From Macrostomum lignano (lineage: Eukaryota): 64,000 nucleotides of DNA. The notes under the pieces are model-generated. The model searched no databases, had not been told where the DNA came from, and was given only the letters and a program-made list of their open reading frames with translations. Positions 1-32,760 of this stretch are shown here, piece by piece. Every line of letters begins with the position of its first letter. Position 1 is the stretch's first letter. Both the position numbers and the translations under genes were made by a program. The stretch covers positions 124,001 through 188,000 of the forward strand of contig NIVC01001915.1 of assembly GCA_002269645.1 (NCBI GenBank). The letters are read 5' to 3'.

Positions 1-200
<200 letters not shown>

Positions 201-203
201 CAC

Positions 204-263
204 CTGATTTCTGGCTACAGGAAGATGTCTCCAGTCCTCAGATGCAGTGAGTTTCCAGATGGG
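204..263 (-). CDS. Candidate 60-nt exon (PIWKLTASEDWRHLPVARNQ) of an unknown gene continuing left of the window
   Basis: Minus strand: CTAAC branch-like motif and TCTAG acceptor, 20 open codons, then CAG|GTGAGA donor leading into the (GATA)n array. No homology recognised. Confidence 0.3.
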
Positions 264-1213
264 CTAGATTGCTAGTTAGTCAGGCTTGAGTCAAACCTCG
301 CTCAAACGTGGCTCTTTCAGAGGGTTAACGAAGGGAAAAGCAGGCCAGTCATTGGCTGAGGCCCGCACAAATCCTCTCGGGTCTCGGAAGCTCCAATAGG
401 GGAAATCGACGAGCGGCCATCGCAGGAGAAATGAAAATAGTTTTGTCAAAAAATAGAAAAAAACAATGCAAATATTTCTAAAAATGTGACTTTGTAGAAA
501 AGATCTCAGCGAGCAAAAAGAGCTTCACAAGCCGGCTACAAGTTTGGTTCGCAGTGAAATATCAAAAATAGCTACGGAATTTTCCCACATGAAGACAAAA
601 GCTTTGGTGGAAGGGCGAAGCGCCTTTATTATGTTATTCTATATATTTATTTATAGTCAGCGGGTTAGCAACAGTGATGCCGAGAACTTAATAAAGAGCA
701 GGGAGCGGACGCTGCTGTCTTTTTGCCTGCACGCACGAAAACTCCGTTGGGAAGCAATCACACGGAAGAGAGCCGCCTTGAGCTGCTGACAGAATCTATC
801 CTCACTCAAGCCAGACTCACACAGCCTTCTCTGCACTTCGACGGCATCAATCTATCAGCCCCATGATATATCCCCCATGCAATACCTTCTTTACTAAGTT
901 GAGCTCAGCGATGCGTGGTATAGGCTGGCCGGGCCTGCTGCGTGGCAACAGAGAGTGCTGCTCATATGTATTTATACTGCTCAATTAAACTAATCCGCTT
1001 CTGTCGGAACTGATAAGAAACTGAGTTGAGAATATGACTGAGCGACAGGCGTGCTGTGATGTGGGACATCAGTAAACCAAAATATGCAACATTTTGAACC
1101 GAAATTAACTTAGAATTCTCAGATCAGTGGCCCTTCAATTTGCAATATCGAGTGTTACGCCATCAATCTCTAAGAACAGATTCAGTGCGCACAAATCAGT
1201 CATTAAAACAGAT

Positions 1214-2250
1214 ATTATCAAAGATCAATAGCGCCGCCGCCACTGCTATCATCAAAGATCAATAGCGCCGCCCCCACTGATATCATCAAAGATCAATAGC
1301 GCCGCCGCCACTGCTATCATCAAAGATCAATAGCGCCGCCCCCACTGATATCATCAAAGATCAATAGCGCCGCCCCCACTGCTATCATCAAAGATCAATA
1401 GCGCCGCCGCCACTGCTATCATCAAAGATCAATAGCGCCGCCCCCACTGATATCATCAAAGATCAATAGCGCCGCCCCCACTGCTATCATCAAAGATCAA
1501 TAGCGCCGCCGCCACTGCTATCATCAAAGATCAATAGCGCCGCCCCCACTGCTATCATCAAAGATCAATAGCGCCGCCGCCACTGCCACCATCAAAGATA
1601 ATAGCGCCGCCCCCACTGCTATCATTAAAGATCAATAGCGCCGCCCCCACTGCTATCATCAAAGATCAATAGCGCCGCCCCCACTGCAGTTATCAAATAT
1701 CAATAGCGCCGCCAATGCCATCATCAGAGATCAATAGCGCCGTCACTGCCATCATCAAAGGTCAATAGAGCTACCACTGCTGTTATCAAAGATCAATAGC
1801 GCCGCCCCCACTGATATCATCAAAGATCAATAGCGCCGCCCCCACTGCTATCATCAAAGATCAATAGCGCCGCCGCCACTGCTATCATCAAAGATCAATA
1901 GCGCCGCCCCCACTGCTATCATCAAAGATCAATAGCGCCGCCGCCACTGCTATCATCAAAGATCAATAGCGCCGCCCCCACTGCTATCATTAAAGATCAA
2001 TAGCGCCGCCCCCACTGCCATCATCAAAGATCAATAGCGCCGCCACTGCCATCATCAAAGGTCAATAGCGCCGCCACTGCCATCATCAAAGGTCAATAGC
2101 GCCGCCACTGCCATCATCAAAGATCAATAGCGCCGCCACTGCCATCATCAAAGGTCAATAGCGCCGCCCCCACTGCTATCATCAAAGATCAATAGCGCCG
2201 CCACTGCCATCATCAAAGGTCAATAGAGCTACCACTTCTGTTAATAAAGT
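1214..2250. repeat. 34-bp minisatellite (ATCATCAAAGATCAATAGCGCCGCCGCCACTGCT), ~30 copies
   Basis: Head-to-tail tandem copies without spacers; a shorter 31-bp variant appears toward the right end. Confidence 0.95.
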
Positions 2251-2869
2251 TCAATAGAATAGCCACACTATATCAATAATTTCTATTAACCATTTATTCT
2301 ACCATTAGGCCAGAGACTCAAAAGACTCAAATCTCAAATCTGCCGAGGATCGGAGAAGTCGGATTGGGAACAATAGGTGAAAAATCAGAAACCTGACACG
2401 AGCGGCTCGCAGCCACGCCCAGCTCAGCGGATCACGCAGACCAGCTCAGAACGGATTTCACTTGAAACCCATGCAGCTCAGCAAGTGAGCGAGAGCCGTC
2501 TCTAACTTCAATGCAATTCAACTGGCAAGTCTCTGCGCTCCTCCTCAGCTGTCAATCACATTTTCTTAGCGCACCAGAAGCAGCAGCTGGAGGGCAGAAA
2601 GGAAGCTAACGAAAAATGAGAGAGACACTGCAAGGATCACGTGCTTATCGCTGTCTTAGAAGCGTTGAAAATGATATTCAAAGAGAGTATCTCCGATCTC
2701 CGATAGTGCATGCAGTAATGTTATTACTATGTACTGATACTGTATCCACAAATATTATTATGTAGAAAGTTGAAATTTTACGGTCCTCATTGAGTTCCAC
2801 GAAGCAATAGTTCCACGGGAGATGAGAAAGCTGGAGCAAGAAGAAAGGCAGGTGCAGAATAATAAAATA

Positions 2870-3510
2870 GAGCGACAGAGAATGACAGAGGGTGACAGAG
2901 AGCGTCAGAGAGCGACAGAGAGCGACAGGAGGCGACAGAGACAGACGGGAAAGCGACAGAGAGCAAAAACAGCGACAGAGAGCGACAGAGAGCGACAGAG
3001 AGCGACAGAGAGCGACAGAGAGCGACAGAGAGCGACAGAGAGCGACAGAGAGCGACAGAGAGCGACAGAGAGCGACAGAGAGCGACAGAGAGCGACAGAG
3101 AGCGACAGAGAGCGACAGAGAGCGACAGAGAGCGACAGAGAGCGACAGAGAGCGACAGAGAGCGACAGAGAGCGACAGAGAGCGACAGAGAGCGACAGAG
3201 AGCGACAGAGAGCGACAGAGAGCGACAGAGAGCGACAGAGAGCGACAGAGAGCGACAGAGAGCGACAGAGAGCGACAGGAGGCGACAGAGACAGACGGGA
3301 AAGCGACAGAGAGCAAAAACAGCGACAGAGAGCGACAGAGAGCGACAGAGAGCGACAGAGAGCGACAGAGAGCGACAGAGAGCGACAGAGAGCGACAGAG
3401 AGCGACAGAGAGCGACAGAGAGCGACAGAGAGCGACAGAGAGCGACAGAGGGCGACAGAAAGCGACAGAGACCGACAGAGACCGACAGAGACCAACAGGC
3501 AACGACAGAC
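2870..3510. repeat. 10-bp satellite (AGCGACAGAG)n with a 350-bp internal duplication
   Basis: The same variant block occurs at 2921-2970 and 3271-3320. Confidence 0.95.
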
Positions 3511-3819
3511 ATCATCAGAGTTAGAAAAAAGCAAAATAATGACAGAAATAGGTCGCAAAACTCAAAGACCCAGGAAACTGAAGAAACAGCGAGACACAAA
3601 GAGAGTAAAACAGGAAAAAAGAAAGTAAACAAGGCAGAAAAAAGACTGCACTGTCAAATCGTAGCCAGAGGTAATGGTCTTAGCTGACTTGGTATTTAGG
3701 AGTAATATCTGGCTCGTGCAAATGAGAAATGCGCTCTATATATCTTACGCTCATCTTATTAAAAAAGACTGTACTTTTAAAACAATCGGATACCCTGTGC
3801 TTAGTTCATTAAAAGGAAA

Positions 3820-22680
<18,861 letters not shown>

Positions 22681-22904
22681 GTAGGGAGACAGGGGGCAGT
22701 GGCTATAGACCTACACTATTCTAGTACTGTAGTTCGAGGCACTTCTATACAAATATAGTTTTGAGCTCCTGATACTTTTAACGGCAGTAAAAAGAACTCA
22801 TTGACTAAGTCAGCTGAAGTATGTATAAGGTTTAACCATAGACAGTTTTTGGCACAGTAGCCAACTGAGATTGTTGAAGCTGTTGCGTTGTCGTTTAAGT
22901 TTAA

Positions 22905-23567
22905 TATGGCTTTTTGCAGTTCACTTGGGCTTGAGCGCATTGAATCTAATCCAAGATACGTTTGCCAATGTAACGGAGCTTTTGTCTCTGGTAGCAAGGC
23001 TGGCACAGCGTCATTTAGTTCGGTCCAACAAGCATCAATTTGGTCTTCTGCTGCAACTTCTCTTCTTTCAACTAACTTCAACTTCTCTTTCAACTTCTGC
23101 TGCATTTTCTGCAACGTGAACAAAGGGTTTGTATCAGCTGCATCGAGTAGCAGCTGGACCTGAGGCTCTCGAGCAACTTGCCTTGGCGATTTGCCACTCT
23201 TTCGCATTCAATCTCTGCCGCCAGTGGTTTCAACAAGCTGATGGATGCTGTAAACCATCTTTTCTTTTACATTCAACAATCTTGCAACCTTGCATTATCC
23301 TTTGACCTCTGTCGGATGCTTCGATCACAAGCCAATGGCATTCGTTTAACAGCCTATGCATGTGGTCCACAATTCTGGGGCTGATCTTGCTCCTCCACAA
23401 CAGTTGCAAATGAAGCTATGGACCAAATTGACGCTTGTTGGACCACATTACGACTAAATGCCGCGGTGCCAGCCTTGCTACCAGAGACAAAAGCTCCGTT
23501 ACATCGGCAAACGTATCTTGGATTAGATTCAATGCGCTCAAGCCCAAGTGGACTGCAAAAAGCCATA
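22905..23567. repeat. Inverted repeat: arms 22905-23045 and 23421-23567, ~375-bp spacer
   Basis: The arms are reverse complements with a few substitutions and one 6-nt indel. Confidence 0.9.
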
Positions 23568-24321
23568 CTATAGCACACTTGGAACCGTTAACTTATTCTC
23601 CCTAACAATTAAACAATTAGGTACACCTGACCGTCGCTGTTTAATGACAGGAAATCCGGAATCCCAGTTGTACATATGCAGCCATAGCAACTCTGGGGGT
23701 ACCATCATTAAACACCGCTAGTCCCTTAAAAGTACAGTCAATCAGCCACTGCATTGGCCATTAAGGCACAGTAAGCAGATGTCTAAAGCAGTTGATGTCT
23801 TTGGGATTAAAAAAAGAAAATTTACATCGAGTTTACATTGACAATTAATTGGTAAGCACATTTTTCGAACTTTATAAAAATCATCACAATATAAAAAAAA
23901 TTCAATATCTTGCAGATTAGGGCAAAAATAGTCACATATCTGTCAAACAACTGCATCCATCCTGTCCTGTTTATTGCTTTTTAATAAAAGTTTTTAAACA
24001 GTAAAAGCCAATTTAAGAATGAAGATATATAAAACAAAACAGTGTTTCAAATTATATTGGATTTAAGTTGTACTTTTAGTGTTAATCCATAACACTGATG
24101 GATTTTTATTGATCAATTTGTTTATTTGGTCAGTCAATACAATATGCAAATTCACAGTTCTGTTAGTGAAAAAATTCAAAGGCAAAAAATTAATTTAAAA
24201 ACTGTTTGAAATGTTCAAATTTATTCTATGAAATTTAATATATCCATTTTCTGGCATTGAACAAGATTCCAGAATAGACTATAGTCAAATACGATAAAAA
24301 AGCTTGCAAAAAGTGAATTGC

Positions 24322-24882
24322 TCATCGGCCAAGAATATTCAGCTCATCCTGCTCAGCGTTCTCATTCATGCTCTGGTAGGCATGGAGGAGAAAGTTGTTA
24401 AAGTCATCTCGAAGCTGATCTCCAGCGCTGGGAATATCCGAAGCCACTGTTCTCACATTTTCGAACTTGTCTGACAGCTGAAGGCTGTCCATGTCTGCAG
24501 TGTTTGGCTTCTTGTGCGAGATCACGCAGCACTGGGTGTCCTTGATTCCGTGATTTTGAACGAAGAACTGGTACAGCTGGTCAAGTTCCTCAGATTGCTG
24601 AGGCTGGTCCTGGTTGTAGACGAAAACAACTCCATTGACGCTTGAGACTAGTGCTGGCCAGCAAGACGCAAACTTCTTGTCGCCGCTGATGTCCCACAAT
24701 TGCACTTCTATATTGGCTGCCTTGCCTTTAGACTTAACCTCGGTCTCATACTCCACAATGCGACAAGCTTGAGTTGGACGATATTCTCCACTGCTTTGCT
24801 CGATTGCTTCAGAGAGAAAATTCGTCAGATATGTCTTTCCGCAGGCCACAGGCCCAACAACAAGAAGCTTTAGTCTGTTCAT
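24322..24882 (-). CDS. IFT22: Intraflagellar transport protein 22 (Rab-like 5), 186 aa, intronless
   Basis: GPVACGKT P-loop, YRPTQACRIVEYE, LWDISGDKKFASCWPAL, no NKxD motif; matches the IFT22/RABL5 family. Confidence 0.93.
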   Translation of the reverse strand: MNRLKLLVVGPVACGKTYLTNFLSEAIEQSSGEYRPTQACRIVEYETEVKSKGKAANIEVQLWDISGDKKFASCWPALVSSVNGVVFVYNQDQPQQSEELDQLYQFFVQNHGIKDTQCCVISHKKPNTADMDSLQLSDKFENVRTVASDIPSAGDQLRDDFNNFLLHAYQSMNENAEQDELNILGR

Positions 24883-24949
24883 GCTGCCAGAGACGGCTGT
24901 ATTTCTTGTAAATTTCTCTGGAATTCGATTTTAAAATATCTACTGCATA

Positions 24950-24963
24950 GTTGCCACGGTAAC
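24950..24963. promoter_or_regulatory. RFX X-box (GTTGCCACGGTAAC), ~70 bp upstream of the IFT22 ATG
   Basis: Exact fit to GTNRCC-N2-RGYAAC in the promoter of an IFT gene. Confidence 0.8.
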
Positions 24964-26002
24964 GGATATAATGTTCTGACCAATTACAAAGCATTTTTGC
25001 AGTATTTCAAATTCGAAGTTTCCGAAGAGTTTATTCAATTATTGTAGGTAAAATATGCCTTTCCCAAAAATACATTGTACTCGAACTTGTGATTTCCATA
25101 GTGAAGAACGATTTAAACCGGACTCTTAGTGTTTTCACTCTAAATTCGAACATTTGAATAGGAAAACACATTTATTTGAAAATTGGTTGCTACTATCTTT
25201 TGATTAATTGTTATTAGTAACAAGTTTAAGTCAGAGTCCAAAGTATTTACTAAGGAAAACAGCTCTAGCAGCAACAGTTTTTTCTAGGATTGGTACCGAT
25301 TATATTTATCTTAGCATCTTGTGCAGTTTACAATTTTTACAATTTTTATTTTATTATACAATACTTACTTTAGGCAAAAATATGCATGAAAGTAATAAGC
25401 TTTTGTAATTTTAAGTATTTTACTGAAATTCGCCACAATAATGTTTTGAATTTTTCAAAAATTAATGTAGAATGACTTAAGAGGCTTTTATTTTGAGTTT
25501 TGATCAAGTCAAAAGAGTAGTATAACTTGAAGAAAGCATTATGCTATGCTAAATAAAACTTTTCTTTGCCTCCAAGAATAGTTTGTCTGTGAAATGCTAG
25601 CAAGTTTGAGAAAGAATAGTAAAAAATAATTTGCTTATTATCATTACTTTAAATCCATAATTTTTGAAAGCCAAAAGTGGTTTATCAGCATGATATTTTT
25701 ATTAATTTTAATAAATTATGCCAAAAGCAATACCATTCTCTTTGTTGAATTACAACCCTCTAACCCTGTTTTTTATTATTTTTTAGAATATATTTTTCAA
25801 TTGGCAATTGCCTCATAAACACAATACTATTTTATAAGTTCTATCAAATCAATTGTTTCATTTGACATAACAGTTTGATATAACACTGTCTGTCACTGCT
25901 TGCTCACATTTCAGCCAGCAGGAGCAAACAAAGGATCAGATTAGTTTAACAAACAAATTGCACTAAAGCCAGAAAAAACCAAATTAAATACGCAAAAGTA
26001 CC

Positions 26003-26203
26003 ATGGCAGCCACGGATCGAGGCAGCGCTGAACTAGCAGCCAAGGCCAAGAAGCAGCTGGCCTCCGGCACCAAAGACCCGCTGGAGAAGCTGCGCCTCAC
26101 CTGCCTGTCACGCGGCGCCTCCGGCATCAAAGGCCTCGGCCGACAGTTCCGCATCATCGACGACGACGGCTCGAAGTCGCTGGACAGGCGCGAGTTCTTC
26201 AAG
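26003..26203 (+). CDS. CAPSL: Calcyphosin-like protein, exon 1
   Basis: [37 protein letters not shown]; AAG|GTCTGA donor. Confidence 0.9.
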
Positions 26204-26327
26204 GTCTGAAGATCCCCGGCTGAATCTGGTTTTTGTGAAAGCATTCCTATCTGTATCCACCCAAGGACCCCCGCAGTCCCTGGTGTAGTATCTGGGAGTC
26301 CCTGGGAATCCTGACGTGAATCCTTGA

Positions 26328-27418
<1,091 letters not shown>

Positions 27419-27499
27419 AGCTGAAGAGTGCAGAGATCGTTCGAGAAAATTTGAAGAGCTTAAAAACGTAAATTCGTAAATTTTAAAAGAAGCTTTTAA

Positions 27500-27622
<123 letters not shown>

Positions 27623-27749
27623 GAGGAGATCGGGATGGTGAATAGATTCACAGAATGAATAGATAAGGGATACATTTAATTCTCTTCTTTTGTTAATACT
27701 TTGTTAGCAGTATTTCTGCTTCTTTCTCATGCACCCGGGTTCGTTTTCA

Positions 27750-28420
27750 GGGTAATCCTTGGAGGGAGTCTTTGAAGGAGAATCCTTGTAGGGGAATCCC
27801 TGGAGGGAAATCCTTAAAGGGTAATCCCTGAAGGGAAATCCTTAAAGGGGAATCCCTGAAGGGAAATCCTTAAAGGGGAATCCCTGAAGGAAAATCCTTA
27901 AAGGGAATCCCTGAAGGGAAATCCTTAAAGGAGAATCCTTTGACGCGAATATCGGAAAGGGCAATCATTTAAGGAGATTCCTTGGAGAACTCTTAACGGG
28001 GAATCCTTGAGGGGAATCCTTGGAGGTGAATCCTTGAAAGGGAGCCCTTTGAGGAGAATCATTGAATGGGAATCTTAGATGCGAACCCTTGAAGGAAAAT
28101 TCTTGGAGGGGAATCCTCGGATGGGGAATCCTTGGATGGGGAATCCTTCGGAGGGAATCCTTGGAGGTGGATCTTAGATGAGAATCCTTGAAGGAGAATT
28201 CTTGGGTGAATCCTTGGAGGTGAATGCTTGATCCTTGGAGGGAGTTTTTGACTGGGAATCGTTGTAGAGGAATATTGAAGGAGACTTTTTATGACCCCTT
28301 GGAAAGGTTTTCTTTGAAATGAATCTTCGAGGTAATTATTGAACTGGCAATCATTGTATGGGAATCCTGGGGGCAAACCCCGTGCGGAAATCTTTGAAGG
28401 GGAATTCTCGTGGATCGGAG
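27750..28420. repeat. Degenerate ~15/30-bp repeat (GAATCCTTGAAGGGG-like)
   Basis: Recurrent GAATCC(T/C)T motifs with high divergence. Confidence 0.75.
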
Positions 28421-29049
28421 TCCTTGGTCTGACCTTTTTGCTAACCAATTCCAGATGTCAAGTCTTCACGCATTCTTGAGCTTCGGTTCGCACCGGACGT
28501 AAAGCATGGCACAACTGTGACGAGACATTCATTTTCCTACTTATAGTACTATGTTTTTCCTGCCGAAATTTTATTTATTCTTCTTCCAAATAGTTTTAAT
28601 ATTCTTCCATAGAAATAAGCACGGTTTTGCAAGGTTTTTTTGTCTATTTTTTATTAAATATTTCCTCAACGTTGTCGACCCGTCTTCCAGCGTCATATTT
28701 TGTGGGTTTTTCCCGTGATTTTGGCGACGTTTTATTTCTATTTTTACGCTGATGAGCTCTCGTACTTCACATTCCGACTCCAGCACTTGAGACTGCGCAC
28801 CTAAGCTGGCTTAGAATCTCTGTCTGTCTCTTTCAATTTGACTTCCTTGAAATTCAATTTTGCACCGCAAAAAGATATTTACAAAACATATCGGTACACT
28901 TGATCCCATGGCTACGCGGTGCTGGGGAGAGGGACTCCTTTAGTCAGTTAGAAACAGGCGGGCTGTGTGCACCCTGGGGCACTTTAAGCGACATTGTCGC
29001 ACAACCGTCGAGAGGCATTGCTGCCCATTCCGCCGACTCCCCTGAGCAG

Positions 29050-29304
29050 GCACACAAGCGCGCGGATACGTACGCAGTCATACGCACAGGCACACACTCA
29101 CACAGGAGTGTACAGCGGCCTTAACTTTAATAGGCATGTACACTTCCCTATCCTTTGGGGGCTGGCCCTCAAGGGCGTTAATGGTACGAGCAGAGCCAAG
29201 CCGAGATTCCAACTCAGCCCCAAATTAATGTGACTGCACTTGGAATCGAGCCTGGGCCGCTGGTGCATCAGAACGCCGCGCTAGACCGCTAGGCTACGGC
29301 TCCC
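29050..29304 (-). mobile_element. tRNA-derived SINE
   Basis: Minus-strand head with A box TAGCCTAGCGG and B box GGCTCGATTCC; the body is shared with 32581-32760. Confidence 0.65.
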
Positions 29305-29784
29305 TGGGTTGAGGGTGACAATTATTCCAATTCTTATTCACAGTCGGGAAGTTAAATAGAAAATCATTTTTCACGAATTACGATTAATTTTGTTACTTCT
29401 AAAGGTAATCATCCAGTACTTGACAAGCATATGTACTCGTAATATTTTGATGCTATAATTTCTTAAACCTGTTCTTTTAATCCATCTGTCTTCCAATGCA
29501 CAAGAAATCTATTTATGCCATAAACAGCTATCAGATTCGGTTTCCATCAATAAATTTTCCGTCCTATTTACATTGCTCTCTTCTGTGTCTGCATCAAAGC
29601 AGACGAGTTCAAAATTAACTTTTGATTACCTACCATGAATAGTTTTCTTTAAATTATTCCAATCAATAGACACACAGCTTATTGGTAAACATTGTAAAAC
29701 CAATGAAACTTAAGTGGTTGCCTATCGTCTTCATAAATTTTTCGGGTGCAGTGGAGGTAGGGTTCGCTATCAGAGTGCTGCACT

Positions 29785-32580
29785 GTGATTGGGTGGCAGA
29801 TCTGAGCTATCAAAACTCATCCTGCTGTGATTGGATGGCAGATCTGAGCTATCAAAATTCGCCTTGCTGTGATTGGGTGGCAGATCTGAGCTTCAAAACT
29901 CATCTTGCTGTGATTGGGTGGCAGATCTGAGCTTCAAAACTCATCTTGCTGTGATTGGGTGGCAGATCTGAGCTATCAAAACTCATCCTGCTGTGATTGG
30001 ATGGCAGATCTGAGCTATCAAAATTCGCCTTGCTGTGATTGGGTGGCAGATCTGAGCTTCAAAACTCATCTTGCTGTGATTGGGTGGCAGATCTGAGTTT
30101 CAAAACTCAACCTGCTGTGATTGGGTGACAGATCTGAGCTTCAAAACAACTCGCCCTGCTGTGATTGGGTGGCAGACTTGAGTTTCAAAACTCAACCTGC
30201 TGTGATTGGGTGGCAGATCTGGGCTTCAAAACTCATCCTGCTGTGATTGGGTGGCAGATCTGAGCTTTCAAAACTCGCCTTGCTGTGATTGGGTGGCAGA
30301 CTTGAGTTTCAAAACTTAACCTGCTGTGATTGGGTGACAGATCTGAGCTTCAAAACAACTCGCCCTGCTGTGATTGGGTGGCAGACTTGAGTTTCAAAAC
30401 TCAACCTGCTGTGATTGGGTGGCAGATCTGAGCTTCAAAACAACTCGCCCTGCTGTGATTGGGTGGCAGACTTGAGTTTCAAAACTCAACCTGCTGTGAT
30501 TGGGTGGCAGATCTGAGCTTCACAACTCACCTTGCTGTGATTGGGTGGCAGATCTGAGCTTTCAAAACTCGCACTGCTGTGATTGGGTGGCAGATCTGGG
30601 CTTCAAAACTCATCCTGCTGTGATTGCGTGGCAGATCTGAGCTTTCAAAACTCGCCTTGCTGTGATTGGGTGGCAGACTTGAGTTTCAAAACTCAACCTG
30701 CTGTGATTGGGTGGCAGATCTGAGCTTCAAAACTCACCCTGCTGTGATTGGGTGGCAGATTTGAGCTTCAAAACTCAACCTACTGTGATTGGGTGGCAGA
30801 TCTGAGCTTTCAAAACTCGCCTTGCTGTGATTGGGTGGCAGACTTGAGTTTCAAAACTCAACCTGCTGTGATTGGGTGGCAGATCTGAGCTTCACAACTC
30901 ACCTTGCTGTGATTGGGTGGCAGATCTGAGCTTTCAAAACTCGCCCTGCTGTGATTGGGTGGCAGATCTGGGCTTCAAAACTCATCCTGCTGTGATTGCG
31001 TGGCAGATCTGAGCTTTCAAAACTCGCCCTGCTGTGATTGGATGGCAGATCTGAGCTATCAAAACTCGCCCTGCTGTGATTGGGTGGCAGATCTGAGCTT
31101 CAAAACTCACCCTGCTGTGATTGGGTGGCAGATTTGAGCTTCAAAACTCAACCTACTGTGATTGGGTGGCAGATCTGAGCTTTCAAAACTCGCCTTGCTG
31201 TGATTGGGTGGCAGACTTGAGTTTCAAAACTCAACCTGCTGTGATTGGGTGGCAGATCTGGGCTTCAAAACTCATCCTGCTGTGATTGGGTGGCAGATCT
31301 GAGCTTTCAAAACTCGCCCTGCTGTGATTGGGTGGCAGATCTGAGCTTCAAAACTCACCCTGCTGTGATTGGGTGGCAGATTTGAGCTTCAAAACTCAAC
31401 CTACTGTGATTGGGTGGCAGATCTGAGCTTTCAAAACTCGCCTTGCTGTGATTGGGTGACAGATCTGAGCTATCAAAACTCGCCCTGCTGTGATTGGGTG
31501 GCAGATCTGAGCTTCAAAACTCACCCTGCTGTGATTGGGTGGCAGATTTGAGCTTCAAAACTCAACCTACTGTGATTGCGTGGCAGATCTGAGCTTTCAA
31601 AACTCGCCTTGCTGTGATTGGGTGGCAGACTTGAGTTTCAAAACTCAACCTGCTGTGATTGCGTGGCAGATCTGAGCTTTCAAAACTCGACCTGCTGTGA
31701 TTGGGTGGCAGATCTGAGCTTTCAAAACTCAACCTACTGTGATTGGGTGGCAGATCTGAGCTTTCAAAACTCGCCTTGCTGTGATTGGGTGACAGATCTG
31801 AGCTATCAAAACTCGCCCTGCTGTGATTGGGTGGCAGATCTGAGCTTCAAAACTCGCCCTGCTGTGATTGGGTGGCAGATCTGAGCTTGAAAACTCGCCC
31901 TGTTGTGATTGGGTGACAGATCTGAGCTTCAAAACTCGCCCTGCTGTGATTGGATGGCAGATCTGAGCTTCAAAACTCACCTTGCTGTGATTGGGTGACA
32001 GATCTGAGCTATCAAAACTCGCCCTGCTGTGATTGGGTGGCAGATCTGAGCTTCAAAACTCGCCCTGCTGTGATTGGGTGGCAGATCTGAGCTTCAAAAC
32101 TCGCCCTGCTGTGATTGGGTGGCAGATCTGAGCTTCAAAACTCACCTTGCTGTGATTGGGTGACAGATCTGAGCTATCAAAACTCGCCCTGCTGTGATTG
32201 GGTGGCAGATCTGAGCTTCAAAACTCGCCCTGCTGTGATTGGGTGGCAGATCTGAGCTTCAAAACTCGCCCTGCTGTGATTGGGTGGCAGATCTGAGCTT
32301 CAAAACTCATCTTGCTGTGATTGGGTGACAGATCTGAGCTTCAAAACTCGCCCTGCTGTGATTGGGTGGCAGATCTGAGCTTCAAAACTCATCTTGCTGT
32401 GATTGGGTGACAGATCTGAGCTTCAAAACTCATCCTGCTGTGATTGGGTGGCAGATCTGAGCTTCAAAACTCATCCTGCTGTGATTGGGTGGCAGATCTG
32501 AGCTTCAAAACTCGCCCTGCTGTGATTGGGTGGCAGATCTGAGCTTTCAAAACTTGCCCTGCTGTGATTGGGTGGCAGAT
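29785..32580. repeat. 41-42-bp satellite (GCTGTGATTGGGTGGCAGATCTGAGCTTCAAAACTCGCCCT), ~67 copies
   Basis: 2.8-kb tandem array. Confidence 0.98.
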
Positions 32581-32760
32581 CTCATACGCTGGCACGCACT
32601 CATACACACGCTCACACAGGGTGTACAGCAGTCCTGACTGCCTAATCATCAGGCATGTACAGTCTCTGTGCCTTGGTGGTTGGCCCTCATGGCCTGTGAA
32701 TCGCAGGACAACCACCCTGGCCAATTTTCGTGCACACACAAGCCCCAAATAAATGTGGGG
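32581..32760 (-). mobile_element. Diverged copy of the body of the 29.05-29.3 kb SINE
   Basis: Shared blocks: CACACAGG..GTGTACAGC, AGGCATGTACA, TGGCCCTCA.GG, AGCCCCAAAT.AATGTG. Confidence 0.6.

Noticed and set aside
1214-2250. 34-bp repeat array as a CRISPR array
   Set aside because: Units are head-to-tail with no unique spacers, there are no cas genes, and the context is eukaryotic. The same applies to the 25-, 32-, 36-, 38- and 41-bp arrays.
2678-3632. Long ORFs of RATESDRERQ / SLSVALCR repeats
   Set aside because: Translations of the 10-bp satellite, open on both strands in several frames.
22716-23207. 163-aa ORF as a gene
   Set aside because: No recognisable domain or splice context, and it overlaps the inverted repeat. 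Kept only as part of that finding.
29240-29304. tRNA gene calls here and at 43233-43305
   Set aside because: Acceptor and T stems do not pair properly, and both continue into SINE-like bodies.
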